In this document: positions 38,190-47,837 of the stretch, piece after piece
Position numbering within the stretch: the stretch's first letter is position 1
Layout of the letters: every line of letters begins with the position of its first letter
Source: Trueperaceae bacterium
GTDB lineage: Bacteria > Deinococcota > Deinococci > Deinococcales > Trueperaceae
Reading direction: 5' to 3'
Assembly: GCA_034520945.1 (NCBI GenBank)
Contig: JAXHNB010000001.1
Location: forward strand, 160,001 to 224,000
Length of the DNA stretch: 64,000 bases
Translations under genes and position numbers: made by a program
Notes under the pieces: model-generated
The model's input: only the letters and a program-made list of their open reading frames with translations
The model's database searches: none
What the model was told of the DNA's origin: nothing

Positions 38190-38828
38190 TCATGGGCTCA
38201 GGCGCCGCACCGTCCAGCCGTCTTCCGACGCCTCGACCGACAGCCGGTCGTGCAGGCGGTCGCGCCGACCCTGCCAGAACTCGAACCGGGTCGGCACCAC
38301 GCGCCAGCCGCCCCAGTCACGCGGCCGGGGGACGTCCGTGCCTTCGGGGTGGAGCGCCTCGAGCTCGGCCAAGCGCTGCTCCAGTACCGCACGGCTTTCG
38401 ATCGGCTCGCTCTGGCGCGACGCCAGGGCACCCAGACGGCTGCGGCGCGGGCGTTGCACGAAGTAGGCGTCCGCCTCGGCGTCGTCGACCGGCGCACATC
38501 GCCCCTCGACGCGCACCTGCCGCTCCAGGCGCTCCCACCAGAAGGTGAGGGCCACGCGGGGTTCGGCGCGGATGTCGCGGCTCTTGGGGCTCTCCAGGTG
38601 GGTGTAGAAGCTCAGCCCGCGGGCGTCGAGGCCCTTGAGGAGCACCATGCGCACGGTCGGGCGCCCGTCCGGGGCGAGTGTGCCGAGCGCCATGGCGTTC
38701 GGCTCGCGCTGGCCGGCCTCGGCCGCCTCCTCGAGCCAGCGTGCCAGCGTGGCGATCGGATCCCTGGCGACGTCCTCGGGCCGGAGCGACCCGCCGCCGT
38801 ACTCGTGGCGCATCTCGGAGACGTTCAT
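38190..38828 (-). CDS. pdxH: Pyridoxine/pyridoxamine 5'-phosphate oxidase
   Basis: RMVLLKG, RQVRVEG, SRLGALASRQS, EFWQGRRDRLHDR. Confidence 0.96.
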   Translation of the reverse strand: MNVSEMRHEYGGGSLRPEDVARDPIATLARWLEEAAEAGQREPNAMALGTLAPDGRPTVRMVLLKGLDARGLSFYTHLESPKSRDIRAEPRVALTFWWERLERQVRVEGRCAPVDDAEADAYFVQRPRRSRLGALASRQSEPIESRAVLEQRLAELEALHPEGTDVPRPRDWGGWRVVPTRFEFWQGRRDRLHDRLSVEASEDGWTVRRLSP

Positions 38829-38945
38829 GCCGCCAGCGTACCGCTACCGGGCACGCGCCGGCGCCGGCGCGTGCGGCGCCCAGGGAGCGCCGCGGCCGGC
38901 GCCGCCGCGACGCCCGCGTGCGCCGCGCGCTGCTAGCGTACGCGC

Positions 38946-41051
38946 ATGAACGCCCTTCAGGACGCTGCCAGCCCCTACCTGCGCCAGCACGCCGACGACC
39001 CGGTCGACTGGCACCCGTGGGGCCAGGACGCCTTCGCGGAGGCCCGCCGGCGGGACGTGCCGCTGTTCGTCTCGATCGGGTACGCCAGCTGCCACTGGTG
39101 CCACGTGATGCAGCACGAGTCGTTCCAGGACCCGGACCTCGCCGCACTGCTGAACGACGGCTTCGTACCCGTCAAGGTGGACCGCGAGGAGCGGCCCGAC
39201 GTCGACGCCGTGTACATGTCGGCGCTGCAGGCCATGCGGGGCCAGGGCGGCTGGCCCCTCACCGCCATCACCGACGCTGAGGGGCGTACCTTCTTCGCCG
39301 GCACCTACTACCCGCCCGACGACCGACCTGGCATGCCGTCGCTGCGTCGGGTCCTGGACGCGGTGTCGGACGCATGGCGCCACCGCCGCGACGGCCTGCT
39401 GGAGGAGGCCGCCAAGCTGGACGCGCACCTCCGCCGCGCCATGGAGGCGCCGGCGGGGCCCGCCCTGGACCCCGCCTCGCCCGTGGCGTCGCTGCCCGAC
39501 CCCTCGCGCGAGGCCCTGGCGGCGCTGGCGGCGCGCTACGACCGGGCGCACGGCGGGTTCGGCGGGGCGCCGAAGTTTCCCCCGCACGGCGTGCTGCGGT
39601 GGCTGCTGATGCGGGACGAGCCGGAGGCGCGGGAGATGGCCGTCGGCACCCTGCGCGGGATGGAACGCGGCGGCATCACCGACCCGCTGGCGGGCGGGGT
39701 GGCGCGCTACGCCGTCGACGAGGCGTGGCGCGTGCCGCACTTCGAGAAGATGACCTCCGACAACGCGCAGCTGCTGCCGCGCTTCGCGGAGGCGTACCTG
39801 CGGAGCGGCGACACGGCGCTGTGGCGCGCCGCCCAAGACACCTTCGCCTGGTTGCGGCACGAGATGCGCCTGGAGGACGGTACCTTCGCCACCGCCTTGG
39901 ACGCCGACAGCGAGGGGCGCGAGGGGGCCTTCTACGCCTGGACGGCCCCCGCGTTCGACGAGGTGGTGCGCGCCGCGGCCGAAGAGGCGGGGGCCCCAGC
40001 CGAGGACGAGGTCGCCTTCGCCCGCGCCGCGTTCGACGTGGCCGAGGTGGGGCCGTTCGAGGGCCTCAACGTGCTGCGCGCCGCCCTCGATCCCGGCGAG
40101 CTGGCCGAGCGATTCGAGCTGCCGCTGCAGGAGGCCGAAGTGCGCCTGGCACGGATCCGCGCCCGCCTGTTCGCGGCCCGCGCCCACAGGCCCAGGCCCG
40201 CACGCGACGACAAGGTGCTGACCGCCGTGCAAGGCATGGTGATCCAGGGCGCCGCGCGCGCCGGGCGCATGCTCGAGGACCCCGAGATGGTGGAGGTGGC
40301 GCGCGAAACCGCCGTGCGCGTGCTGACCCGCATGCTGGCCCCGGATGGGACCCTGTGGCGGCGGGCGTTCGGGGAGCGCGCCGGCATCGCCGCCCGCCTG
40401 GAGGACCATGCCTTCTTGGGGTTGGGGCTTTTGGAGCTGCACCGGGCGGACGGCGACCCGCGCTGGCTGGCCGCCGCGGCCCGGCAGGCCGAGGCGGTCG
40501 AAGCCCGCTTCGCAGGCGAAGACGGCGGCTACCTGGGCGCGCCCGAGGAGGACGACCCCCTGCCGATGCGGCCGCGCAGCCTCCTGGACGCCGCCCAGCC
40601 GGCCGACACCGTCGCCGCCGCCGAGCTGGAATGGCGGGTCGGCCGGCTGCGCGGGGAGCGCGAGCGCGAAGCACGCGCCACCCGCGCCGTGACGCCGCTG
40701 GCCGAGGTGGCGGCCCGCCACCCCGAGGCGGCGGGCAGCGCGCTGACGCTGTTGGCCCTGATGCGCGCCCCCGCACGCGAAGCGGCCGTCACCGGCCCGG
40801 CCGACGCGGGCGGGGCGGCGCTGTGGGCCGAGGTGGCCCGGCGGCCGCTGGACGCCTGGGCCGTGCAGCGCGCCCCGGACGCGGGCGGTGCCGGCGCGGA
40901 GGCCGACCCCACCCTGCGTTGGCCGCTGGTGGAGGACCGCGGCACGGTCGACGGCCGCGCCGCCGGCTGGCTGTGCGAAGGCTACGCCTGCCGCCTGCCG
41001 CTCACCGACCCGGACGCGTGGGCACGCGCCCTGGACGACGCCCGGTCGTGA
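38946..41051 (+). CDS. YyaL/SPATA20-family thioredoxin-domain protein
   Basis: SPYLRQHA, SIGYASCHWCHVM, KVDREERPDVD, APKFP, VPHFEKM. Confidence 0.92.
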   Translation: MNALQDAASPYLRQHADDPVDWHPWGQDAFAEARRRDVPLFVSIGYASCHWCHVMQHESFQDPDLAALLNDGFVPVKVDREERPDVDAVYMSALQAMRGQGGWPLTAITDAEGRTFFAGTYYPPDDRPGMPSLRRVLDAVSDAWRHRRDGLLEEAAKLDAHLRRAMEAPAGPALDPASPVASLPDPSREALAALAARYDRAHGGFGGAPKFPPHGVLRWLLMRDEPEAREMAVGTLRGMERGGITDPLAGGVARYAVDEAWRVPHFEKMTSDNAQLLPRFAEAYLRSGDTALWRAAQDTFAWLRHEMRLEDGTFATALDADSEGREGAFYAWTAPAFDEVVRAAAEEAGAPAEDEVAFARAAFDVAEVGPFEGLNVLRAALDPGELAERFELPLQEAEVRLARIRARLFAARAHRPRPARDDKVLTAVQGMVIQGAARAGRMLEDPEMVEVARETAVRVLTRMLAPDGTLWRRAFGERAGIAARLEDHAFLGLGLLELHRADGDPRWLAAAARQAEAVEARFAGEDGGYLGAPEEDDPLPMRPRSLLDAAQPADTVAAAELEWRVGRLRGEREREARATRAVTPLAEVAARHPEAAGSALTLLALMRAPAREAAVTGPADAGGAALWAEVARRPLDAWAVQRAPDAGGAGAEADPTLRWPLVEDRGTVDGRAAGWLCEGYACRLPLTDPDAWARALDDARS

Positions 41052-43423
41052 CGCCCGGCGGCGGGGGCCTGCCGCCGGCCCTCTCGCTCCTGGTCGGCCC
41101 GCCCGGCTCGGGCAAGACCACGCGCCTGCTGGCCGAGGCGCGCGCGGCGGCGTCGGAGGGTGCGCGCACGTGGTGGGTGGGCCTGCCCGCCCAACGCGGG
41201 CACGTGCTGCGCGCCGCCACGCGCGAGGGGCCGCTGCTCGGCCTCGAGTTCCTCACCCCGCAGCAGGTGGCGTACCGCCTGCTCTCCAACGCGCGGCGGC
41301 TGCACCCGTTGTTGACTGGCACCGGCCGCCTGGCGCTGGTGGGCGAGGCGCTGATGGAGGACCGCGACGACCCGCCCAGCCCCGGCGAGGCCCGCCTGTT
41401 CGCCCGCGCCATCGCCGAAGCCAAACGGCACGACGTGCCCGCCGGCCGCCTTCCCGGCCGCGACGACGAGACCGCCCGCCTGCGCCGCGTGTTCCACGCC
41501 TACGAACGCCTCAAGGCAGACGCCTGGGACTACGACGATTTTCGGCGGGAGGCGGTGCACCTCCTGGAAGAGGGTCCCCCGGCAGCCGTGGAGCCGGACA
41601 GGGTGTTCGTCGACGGCCTGCGCGAGATCGGCCCGATGGACCTTCGCTTGATGCGCGCCTTGGCCCGGCACGCGCCGGTGCGCATGGCGTTGGCGCTCGC
41701 CCCGCCCCACATGGCGCCCGACGAGACCCTCCCGCCGCGCGACGACGTCGAGATCCGCGCCCATCACTTCGCCAACCCGGTGGCCGAGGCGCGCTGGGTG
41801 CTGCGCGACGTCAAGGCCGAACTGGCCGCCGGGGCGGACCCGCTGGACCTGGCGCTGATCGTGCCGGAGGGAAGCGCCCCGGCCTATGTCACGTTGGCGG
41901 AGGAGTTCGGGGTGCCGCTGATGGACGAGACCCCGCGCAGCGCGACCGACCGGCCGGAGGGCCGCCGGCTGTTGGACCTGCTGGAACTGCCCGACCACCC
42001 CACCGCCTCGCGCCTGCTGGCCGTCCCGGCGCTGCACGCCCTCGGCGTGGCGGCGTTGGACGCCGGGGTAGCCGGCCGAGACGCCATCACGCGCCTGGCC
42101 GACGCGCACGGCCACGGCGCCATCTGGCGTGAGTGGCTGGCGCGCCTGGAGGTGCCGCCCGAGCCCAGGCCGTGGGCGGAGGCGTTGGTGGACGAAGCGC
42201 TGGACGCGGCCCGCGCGGCGCGCGGCGCCGAGCGCGGGACGCGCACGCGCGCGGAGACGCAGTTCCGCGAACTGGCGCTGCAGCGCCTGGGCGAGGCGCG
42301 CCGCGTGGCGCACGGCCCCCACGTGCGGGACTGGTGGGCGGCGCTGCTTCAGGACACCACGCCCCTCCGCCGCCCCGAGGCCGGCGTGGCGCTGCTGACC
42401 CAGGTGCAGGCCAGCGGCCGCCGCTTCGCCCACGCCTGGGTCGCGGGCGCGCGCGAAGGCGCCTACGGCAGCGGCGAACGGGAGGACTACTTCGTGCCGG
42501 AGGAGGCGCGCTCCTTGCCCGAGCGCGCCTACCGGGCGGCGGTGCTGCCGCGGCGCTTCCAGGGCCGCGACGCGGGCGCCTTCGCCGAACTCCGAACGCG
42601 CGGCGACGTCACCCGCGTCAGCTACCCGCGCGGCGACCAGGGGGGCCGCGTCGCCCCCGAGCCCGCCCTGGTGGGCGACGCGCCCGAGGCGGCGCCGGTC
42701 CGCCCGGCCGGCAGTCGCTTGGAGGGGCCTGGCCGTGCGCCGTACCGCCCCCCGGAGGGGCCGGTCGACCTGGGCCCGCCGCGCGTGGAGGCGCTGGGCC
42801 GCTACGCCCGCTGCCCGTTCCGTGCCTGGGCGGAGGCGCGCCTGGGCGCGCGCGACGAGGACGAGCCGCCCGCCTGGGTCCGGCTCGTCCGTGACCTTCG
42901 CGCCCGCAGCCGCTGGACCGCCGCCGACCTTCGGGCCCTGGCCCCCGACCACCCCGAGGCGGCGGCGTGGCTGGACGCGCACGCCGACACGCTGGCGGGG
43001 TTCACCTTCGGCGTGCACCTCCGTGACGAGGAGAACGGCGCCGAGGCGCGGCTGGACGCCGCCCGCCGTGAGGACGGGCGGACGGTGCTGGTGCGGTTCA
43101 CGGCGCCGGGCGAGGTCGCGACGCAGGAGGAGGCGCGCGCCGTGTTCGAGCGCCACGGCCGCGAGGCCTGGGCGGCGGCGCACCTGCTGCGCCGGCACGC
43201 CGGTGCACTCGGGCGGCTCCAGGTGTGGGCCTGGCCGTTGTCCGGTCCGCCCGTGCCGGCTTTGCCTCAGGCGGTGCGGCGACCGGACGGGGTCATGGCG
43301 CGGACGCACCGACAGATCGCAGCGGCGGTGCCGGGTTGGCGCGCGGGGGACGTGCGCCCCACCCCCGGCTTCGTGTGCCGCGACTGCCTTGTCTACGACG
43401 TCTGCCGGGAGGGACGCCGGTGA
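41048..43423 (+). CDS. addB: AddB/RexB-like subunit (P-loop, inactive helicase scaffold, Fe-S PD-(D/E)XK-like C-terminus)
   Basis: GPPGSGKT, RCPF and CRDCLVYDVC four-Cys set; GTGA overlaps with both neighbours; precedes a UvrD-like helicase-nuclease. Confidence 0.78.
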   Translation: MTPGGGGLPPALSLLVGPPGSGKTTRLLAEARAAASEGARTWWVGLPAQRGHVLRAATREGPLLGLEFLTPQQVAYRLLSNARRLHPLLTGTGRLALVGEALMEDRDDPPSPGEARLFARAIAEAKRHDVPAGRLPGRDDETARLRRVFHAYERLKADAWDYDDFRREAVHLLEEGPPAAVEPDRVFVDGLREIGPMDLRLMRALARHAPVRMALALAPPHMAPDETLPPRDDVEIRAHHFANPVAEARWVLRDVKAELAAGADPLDLALIVPEGSAPAYVTLAEEFGVPLMDETPRSATDRPEGRRLLDLLELPDHPTASRLLAVPALHALGVAALDAGVAGRDAITRLADAHGHGAIWREWLARLEVPPEPRPWAEALVDEALDAARAARGAERGTRTRAETQFRELALQRLGEARRVAHGPHVRDWWAALLQDTTPLRRPEAGVALLTQVQASGRRFAHAWVAGAREGAYGSGEREDYFVPEEARSLPERAYRAAVLPRRFQGRDAGAFAELRTRGDVTRVSYPRGDQGGRVAPEPALVGDAPEAAPVRPAGSRLEGPGRAPYRPPEGPVDLGPPRVEALGRYARCPFRAWAEARLGARDEDEPPAWVRLVRDLRARSRWTAADLRALAPDHPEAAAWLDAHADTLAGFTFGVHLRDEENGAEARLDAARREDGRTVLVRFTAPGEVATQEEARAVFERHGREAWAAAHLLRRHAGALGRLQVWAWPLSGPPVPALPQAVRRPDGVMARTHRQIAAAVPGWRAGDVRPTPGFVCRDCLVYDVCREGRR

Positions 43424-46209
43424 GGGTCCGCGTCGCCTCGGCCGGGACGGGGAAGACCACCAGCCTGGTGCGGCGCTTCCTCGAACGGATCGGCGAGGGC
43501 GAGCCGCTGCGGCGCATGGCGGGGGTGACGTTCACCCGCAACGCCGCTGCCGAGCTGCGCGCGCGCGTCGGCGAGGGGCTGCGCGATCTCTTACAAGATG
43601 GCAGCTACCTGGGCGGCCTCGTCACCCTCGACCCCGCCGCCCGCCCTCGCTACCAGGAGGCGCTGCGCGAGTTGGACGGCGCCACGCTCACCACCATCCA
43701 CGGCTTCATGTCGCTGGGTCTGCGGCTGTCCGCCCCGCTGCTGGGGCTCGACCCCGACTTCACCGCCCTGCCGGAGTGGGAGGCGCAGGCGATCTTCGAG
43801 GAGGAGTTCGAGGCGGTGCTGCTGGTTGCGCGCGATCCCGACCACCCGCTCCACGAATCCGCGGCCCGCATCGGCGAACCGGCGCGCCCCTGGGCGCAGG
43901 CGGTCTTCGCCCAACGCTCCTTGGCGGAACGCTTGGCGCCCGGCCCGGGCGACGCGCGCGCCGCCGACCTGCTGGCGCTGTATCAGGAGGCCTACCCGCG
44001 CGTGCTGGCGCGCCTCGGGGCGACGCGCGCCTCGCCGGCCGAGATCGAACGGCGGGCGCTGCAACTGGTGCGCACGCCCGGCGCGTTGGCGCGCCTGACC
44101 GCGCGGGCGCCCCGGGTGGTGGTGGACGAGTTCCAGGACGTCAACCCGCTGCAGGGCCGCTTCTTCGCCGCCCTGGAGGCGGGCGGCGCGCAGGTCGAGG
44201 TGGTCGGCGACCCGAAGCAGTCGATCTACGGCTTCCGGCAGGCGGACGTCGAGGTGTTCCGCACCGCGTTGCGGACCGGCGAGGTGCTGGCGCCCCTGCA
44301 GGAGAGCCGCCGCCATGCGCAGGTGCCGGTCCGCTTCCTGAACGCCTTGACGCGTACGTTGGCCGCCCGCGAGTGGGGCTTCGTGCAGGACGAGGCGCCC
44401 GAGGTGCGGGCGGCGGGCGCCCAAGCTGACGTGCGCGGCCGGGTCGAGGTGCACTGGGTGCGCGGCGGGCCCGCGCTGGGGGCGCTGCGCCCCCGCGAGG
44501 CGACGGTGCTGGCCGAGCGCCTGGCCGAGGCGCACCGGGCGCACGGCGTGGCCTACCAGGACATGGCGGTGCTGGCGCGGACCTACGCGGGCCTGCGCAC
44601 CGTCCGCGCCGCGCTGCGGGCGCAGGGCGTGCCGGCCGTGCTGCTGCAGGGGCGCGGCTACTACCAGCGCAGCGAGGTGCGCGACCTGGCGCATGCCCTG
44701 CGGGTGGGGATCGACCCGGCGGGCCCGTCGTTGCCCGCCTGGCTGCGTGGGCCGTTCGGCGGGCTGACGCCCGGTGAGCTCGATGCGACATTCATGGCCG
44801 AGGACCCGTTGGCGCACCTCGAGGCGGCCCATCCGGCGGTGTGGGCGCGCCTTCAGCGCATGCGCGCGGCGGCGCAGGAACCCCCGTTGGTGGCGCTCCG
44901 GACCTTGGTCCGAACGCCGGTGGCGGAGGAGGTGCGCATGGTGGACCTGCTGTCGGTCGAACAGCGCGAGAACGTCGACGCCTTGCTGTTCTCGGTGGCG
45001 CAGCAGCCGCCGGGCGAACTGGAGGTGCTCCTGGAGCGGCTGGACCTGTTGTCGCGGCGCGGCGAGGCCGGCGACGTGCCGCAGGCCGGCGAGGGCGTGT
45101 CGCTGCTCACGGTGCACGCAAGCAAGGGCCTGGAGTGGCCGTGGGTGGCGGTGTACGACCTCGGCGGCGGCGGGCGGCCCCGCCCGGCCCCGCTGTACCT
45201 GGAGGAGGGGCGGCTGCACCTGCCGGGCGGCCCCGGCTTCGAGGCGGCGCGCAGCGCCGATGCCACGCGGCAGCGCCAGGAGTCGTACCGCATGCTGTAC
45301 GTGGCCGCCAGCCGCGCCCGCGACGCGCTGATCCTCACCGGAAGCGTCACCGACCGAGGGGCCGAAGGGTGGGCCACGGCGTTGGCCGCGATGAAGCTGG
45401 GCCCCGATCGACCCCCGCGGACGCAGGACGATTTCGTGTTGGCCGTGCATCCCCCTGCGCCGGCCGAGCTGCCCGACCCCGACGAACCGGCCGGGGCCGC
45501 AGGCGGTCTTCCGGAGGCGCCTTGGACGCAACGACGCTTCGCCGCCGGCCCGTTCCCGCCGGTGGAGAGCCCCTCGCGCGTGCGGGGCGGGGTGGAAGGC
45601 GCGGCGCCCGCCGCTGGGCCGCGGCCCGACGACGAAGTGGCCGAGGCGCGCCTCGTGTCCGATCCGGCGGAGGGCGATCGCCTGCCCGGACAGGCGGTGG
45701 CGGTCGGCACGCTTTTGCACGACGCGATCCGTCGCGACGCCGATCCGACCGATCGGGACGAGATGGCGCTGCTGCGCGCCCAGGAGGTGATGTTCCCGTA
45801 CGCGCCCGAGGAGCAGGATCGTCTCTTGGCCGAGGTGCGCGAAATGCTGGGGGTGTACCGGTCGTTGCTGGGCGGCCCGTTGCCCGCCCTGGAGGCGCGG
45901 ACGCGGGACCTCCGGGAGTGGCCGGTGGTGCTGCCCGAGGGGGGCCAGGTGTGGCAGGGCCTGATCGACAGGCTGTACCTGGCCGAGGGGACCTGGTACC
46001 TGGACGACTACAAGACCGACCGCACCCTCCGTCCGGAGCGGTACGCGTTTCAGTTGGCGGTGTACCGCGAAGCCGTCCTCCGGGTGTCGAAGGTTCGGCC
46101 CGTGACGCGCCTGGTGGGTCTCCGAGACGGGGCGGTGCTGCCCTACGACAATGAGACGCTGCGGGCGGCGTGGGCGGCCCGCCGCGGGGCGGGCCGGCAG
46201 GACGGGTGA
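43420..46209 (+). CDS. addA: AddA/RecB-like UvrD helicase-nuclease
   Basis: ASAGTGKT, TFTRNAAAE, VDEFQD, VGDPKQSIYGFR, TVHASKGLE, YVAASRARD, nuclease GLIDRL...DDYKT. Confidence 0.9.
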   Translation: MRVRVASAGTGKTTSLVRRFLERIGEGEPLRRMAGVTFTRNAAAELRARVGEGLRDLLQDGSYLGGLVTLDPAARPRYQEALRELDGATLTTIHGFMSLGLRLSAPLLGLDPDFTALPEWEAQAIFEEEFEAVLLVARDPDHPLHESAARIGEPARPWAQAVFAQRSLAERLAPGPGDARAADLLALYQEAYPRVLARLGATRASPAEIERRALQLVRTPGALARLTARAPRVVVDEFQDVNPLQGRFFAALEAGGAQVEVVGDPKQSIYGFRQADVEVFRTALRTGEVLAPLQESRRHAQVPVRFLNALTRTLAAREWGFVQDEAPEVRAAGAQADVRGRVEVHWVRGGPALGALRPREATVLAERLAEAHRAHGVAYQDMAVLARTYAGLRTVRAALRAQGVPAVLLQGRGYYQRSEVRDLAHALRVGIDPAGPSLPAWLRGPFGGLTPGELDATFMAEDPLAHLEAAHPAVWARLQRMRAAAQEPPLVALRTLVRTPVAEEVRMVDLLSVEQRENVDALLFSVAQQPPGELEVLLERLDLLSRRGEAGDVPQAGEGVSLLTVHASKGLEWPWVAVYDLGGGGRPRPAPLYLEEGRLHLPGGPGFEAARSADATRQRQESYRMLYVAASRARDALILTGSVTDRGAEGWATALAAMKLGPDRPPRTQDDFVLAVHPPAPAELPDPDEPAGAAGGLPEAPWTQRRFAAGPFPPVESPSRVRGGVEGAAPAAGPRPDDEVAEARLVSDPAEGDRLPGQAVAVGTLLHDAIRRDADPTDRDEMALLRAQEVMFPYAPEEQDRLLAEVREMLGVYRSLLGGPLPALEARTRDLREWPVVLPEGGQVWQGLIDRLYLAEGTWYLDDYKTDRTLRPERYAFQLAVYREAVLRVSKVRPVTRLVGLRDGAVLPYDNETLRAAWAARRGAGRQDG

Positions 46210-46340
46210 CCGCCTGGGATCGGCCTGGACGGTCGCGACCCGCGGCCCAGCATGACCCGCCGTGCACAGCGTGCTGCGTACTGCCCATCATTTGCCCATC
46301 GTCCGGCGTGGCGCAAGGAGGGCCCGGCTACGCTACGGGC

Positions 46341-46604
46341 ATGAACGGGACCGCCCCCGCCATCCGCGCCCGCCTCGGCGGGCACCCCGGCCAGCTCGAC
46401 CCCGGTGACGGCCACGTCCTGACGTGGCGCGGCGACCTCACGCCCACGGTGCTCTCCGACCTGCTTCGGGCCGGCAGCGAGGGACCGGTTCGCATGCAGG
46501 ACGCCGACGGGACCAACAAGCCGGTGTGGATTCAGCGTTGCTGGTTCGACCTGGCGCGCGGCCGCATGGTCGTGCAGCTGCTGGACCGCAGCATGGCCGC
46601 ATGA
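46341..46604 (+). CDS. Small hypothetical protein (87 aa)
   Basis: Fills the gap between addA and nagA; TACGCT 6 nt before ATG; GC3-rich codons. Confidence 0.65.
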   Translation: MNGTAPAIRARLGGHPGQLDPGDGHVLTWRGDLTPTVLSDLLRAGSEGPVRMQDADGTNKPVWIQRCWFDLARGRMVVQLLDRSMAA

Positions 46605-46642
46605 CGCCGCCGCCGGCGCCTCGCCGGCGGTAGAATCGCGTC

Positions 46643-47827
46643 ATGATCACGCTCGAAGGCTGGATCGCGCAGCCGGACGGCATGCGGCGCGGTCGCGTGG
46701 ACCTCGGTGACGACGGGACGATCATGGCCGTGCGCGCGGATGGGCCGGCCGTGGCGGTGCCGGGCGACGACGCGGCCCGCATCCTCCCCGGGTTCGTGGA
46801 CGCGCACGTGCACGGCGGTGGGGGCGGCGACACCATGGACGGCCCAGCCGGCGTGCGCGCGCTGGCGCGGCATCACCTGCGCCACGGCACCACGACCCTG
46901 CTGCCCACCACCATCACCAACCCCTGGACCGAGGTGATGCGGGCCCTGCGCGGCGTCGCCGAGGTGCGGGCCCACCCGGACGACGCGGCAGATCCGCTGC
47001 CCGACCTTCCGGGGGCGCACCTCGAAGGTCCATTCATCAACCCCGGGCGGCTGGGGGCCCAACCGCCCAACGCCGTGCCCGCCGCGCCCGAACGGGTCGC
47101 GGAGGTGCTGGCGACGGAGGTGGTGCGCGTGGTCACGCTGGCGCCCGAGGTCGACGGCGCGATTCATGCGGCCCGCACCTTCGCCGCGGCCGGCGTGCGC
47201 ATCAGCGTGGGGCACACCCGTGCCAACGCGGGCCAGGTGGCCGATCTGCTCCGCGCCGTTCGCGGCGTGGGCGGCACCGCCGGTTTCACGCACCTGTACA
47301 ACGCCATGGGCGGCCTGGAGGGCCGCGCCCCGGACGTGGTGGGCGCCTGCTTCGCCGACCCAGGCGCCTGGGCCGAGGTGATCCTGGACGGCCACCACGT
47401 GCACCCCACCTCGTTCCTGGCCGCCCGTGCGGCCAAGGGCCCACGCCTGTTCCTGGTCACCGACGCGATCCGGGCATGTGGCATGCCGGAGGGCACGACC
47501 GAGCTGGGGGGGCAGCAGGTGCGCGTGCTGGAGGGCGCCGCGCGCTTGCAGGACGGTACGTTGGCCGGCAGCGTGCTGACGCTGGACGCGGCCGTGCGCA
47601 ACGCCACCGCCGCGGGCGTGCCGCTGGCCGAGGCGGCCGCCATGGCCGCCACCGGCCCCGCGGGCTACCTGGGCCTGGCCGATCGCGGCGTGCTACGCCA
47701 GGGCGCCCGCGCCGACGTGGTCGAGATGGATCCCGACCTGTACGTTACGCGCGTGTTCACCGCCGGACGCCCCGTGCCCGCCGCCGGACACGGTCTTGGC
47801 GGGGCCGCAGGCCGCGCGGGAGGGTAG
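46643..47827 (+). CDS. nagA: N-acetylglucosamine-6-phosphate deacetylase
   Basis: PGFVDAHVHG, HLEGPFI, TLAPE, GHT, THLYNAM, DGHHV, VTDA, LAGS. Confidence 0.96.
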   Translation: MITLEGWIAQPDGMRRGRVDLGDDGTIMAVRADGPAVAVPGDDAARILPGFVDAHVHGGGGGDTMDGPAGVRALARHHLRHGTTTLLPTTITNPWTEVMRALRGVAEVRAHPDDAADPLPDLPGAHLEGPFINPGRLGAQPPNAVPAAPERVAEVLATEVVRVVTLAPEVDGAIHAARTFAAAGVRISVGHTRANAGQVADLLRAVRGVGGTAGFTHLYNAMGGLEGRAPDVVGACFADPGAWAEVILDGHHVHPTSFLAARAAKGPRLFLVTDAIRACGMPEGTTELGGQQVRVLEGAARLQDGTLAGSVLTLDAAVRNATAAGVPLAEAAAMAATGPAGYLGLADRGVLRQGARADVVEMDPDLYVTRVFTAGRPVPAAGHGLGGAAGRAGG

Positions 47828-47837
47828 GCTCGCCCCC

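Noticed and set aside
39374..41047. N-terminal 558 aa of the 1349-aa ORF
   Set aside because: Off-frame overlap with yyaL; the real addB starts at GTG 41048.
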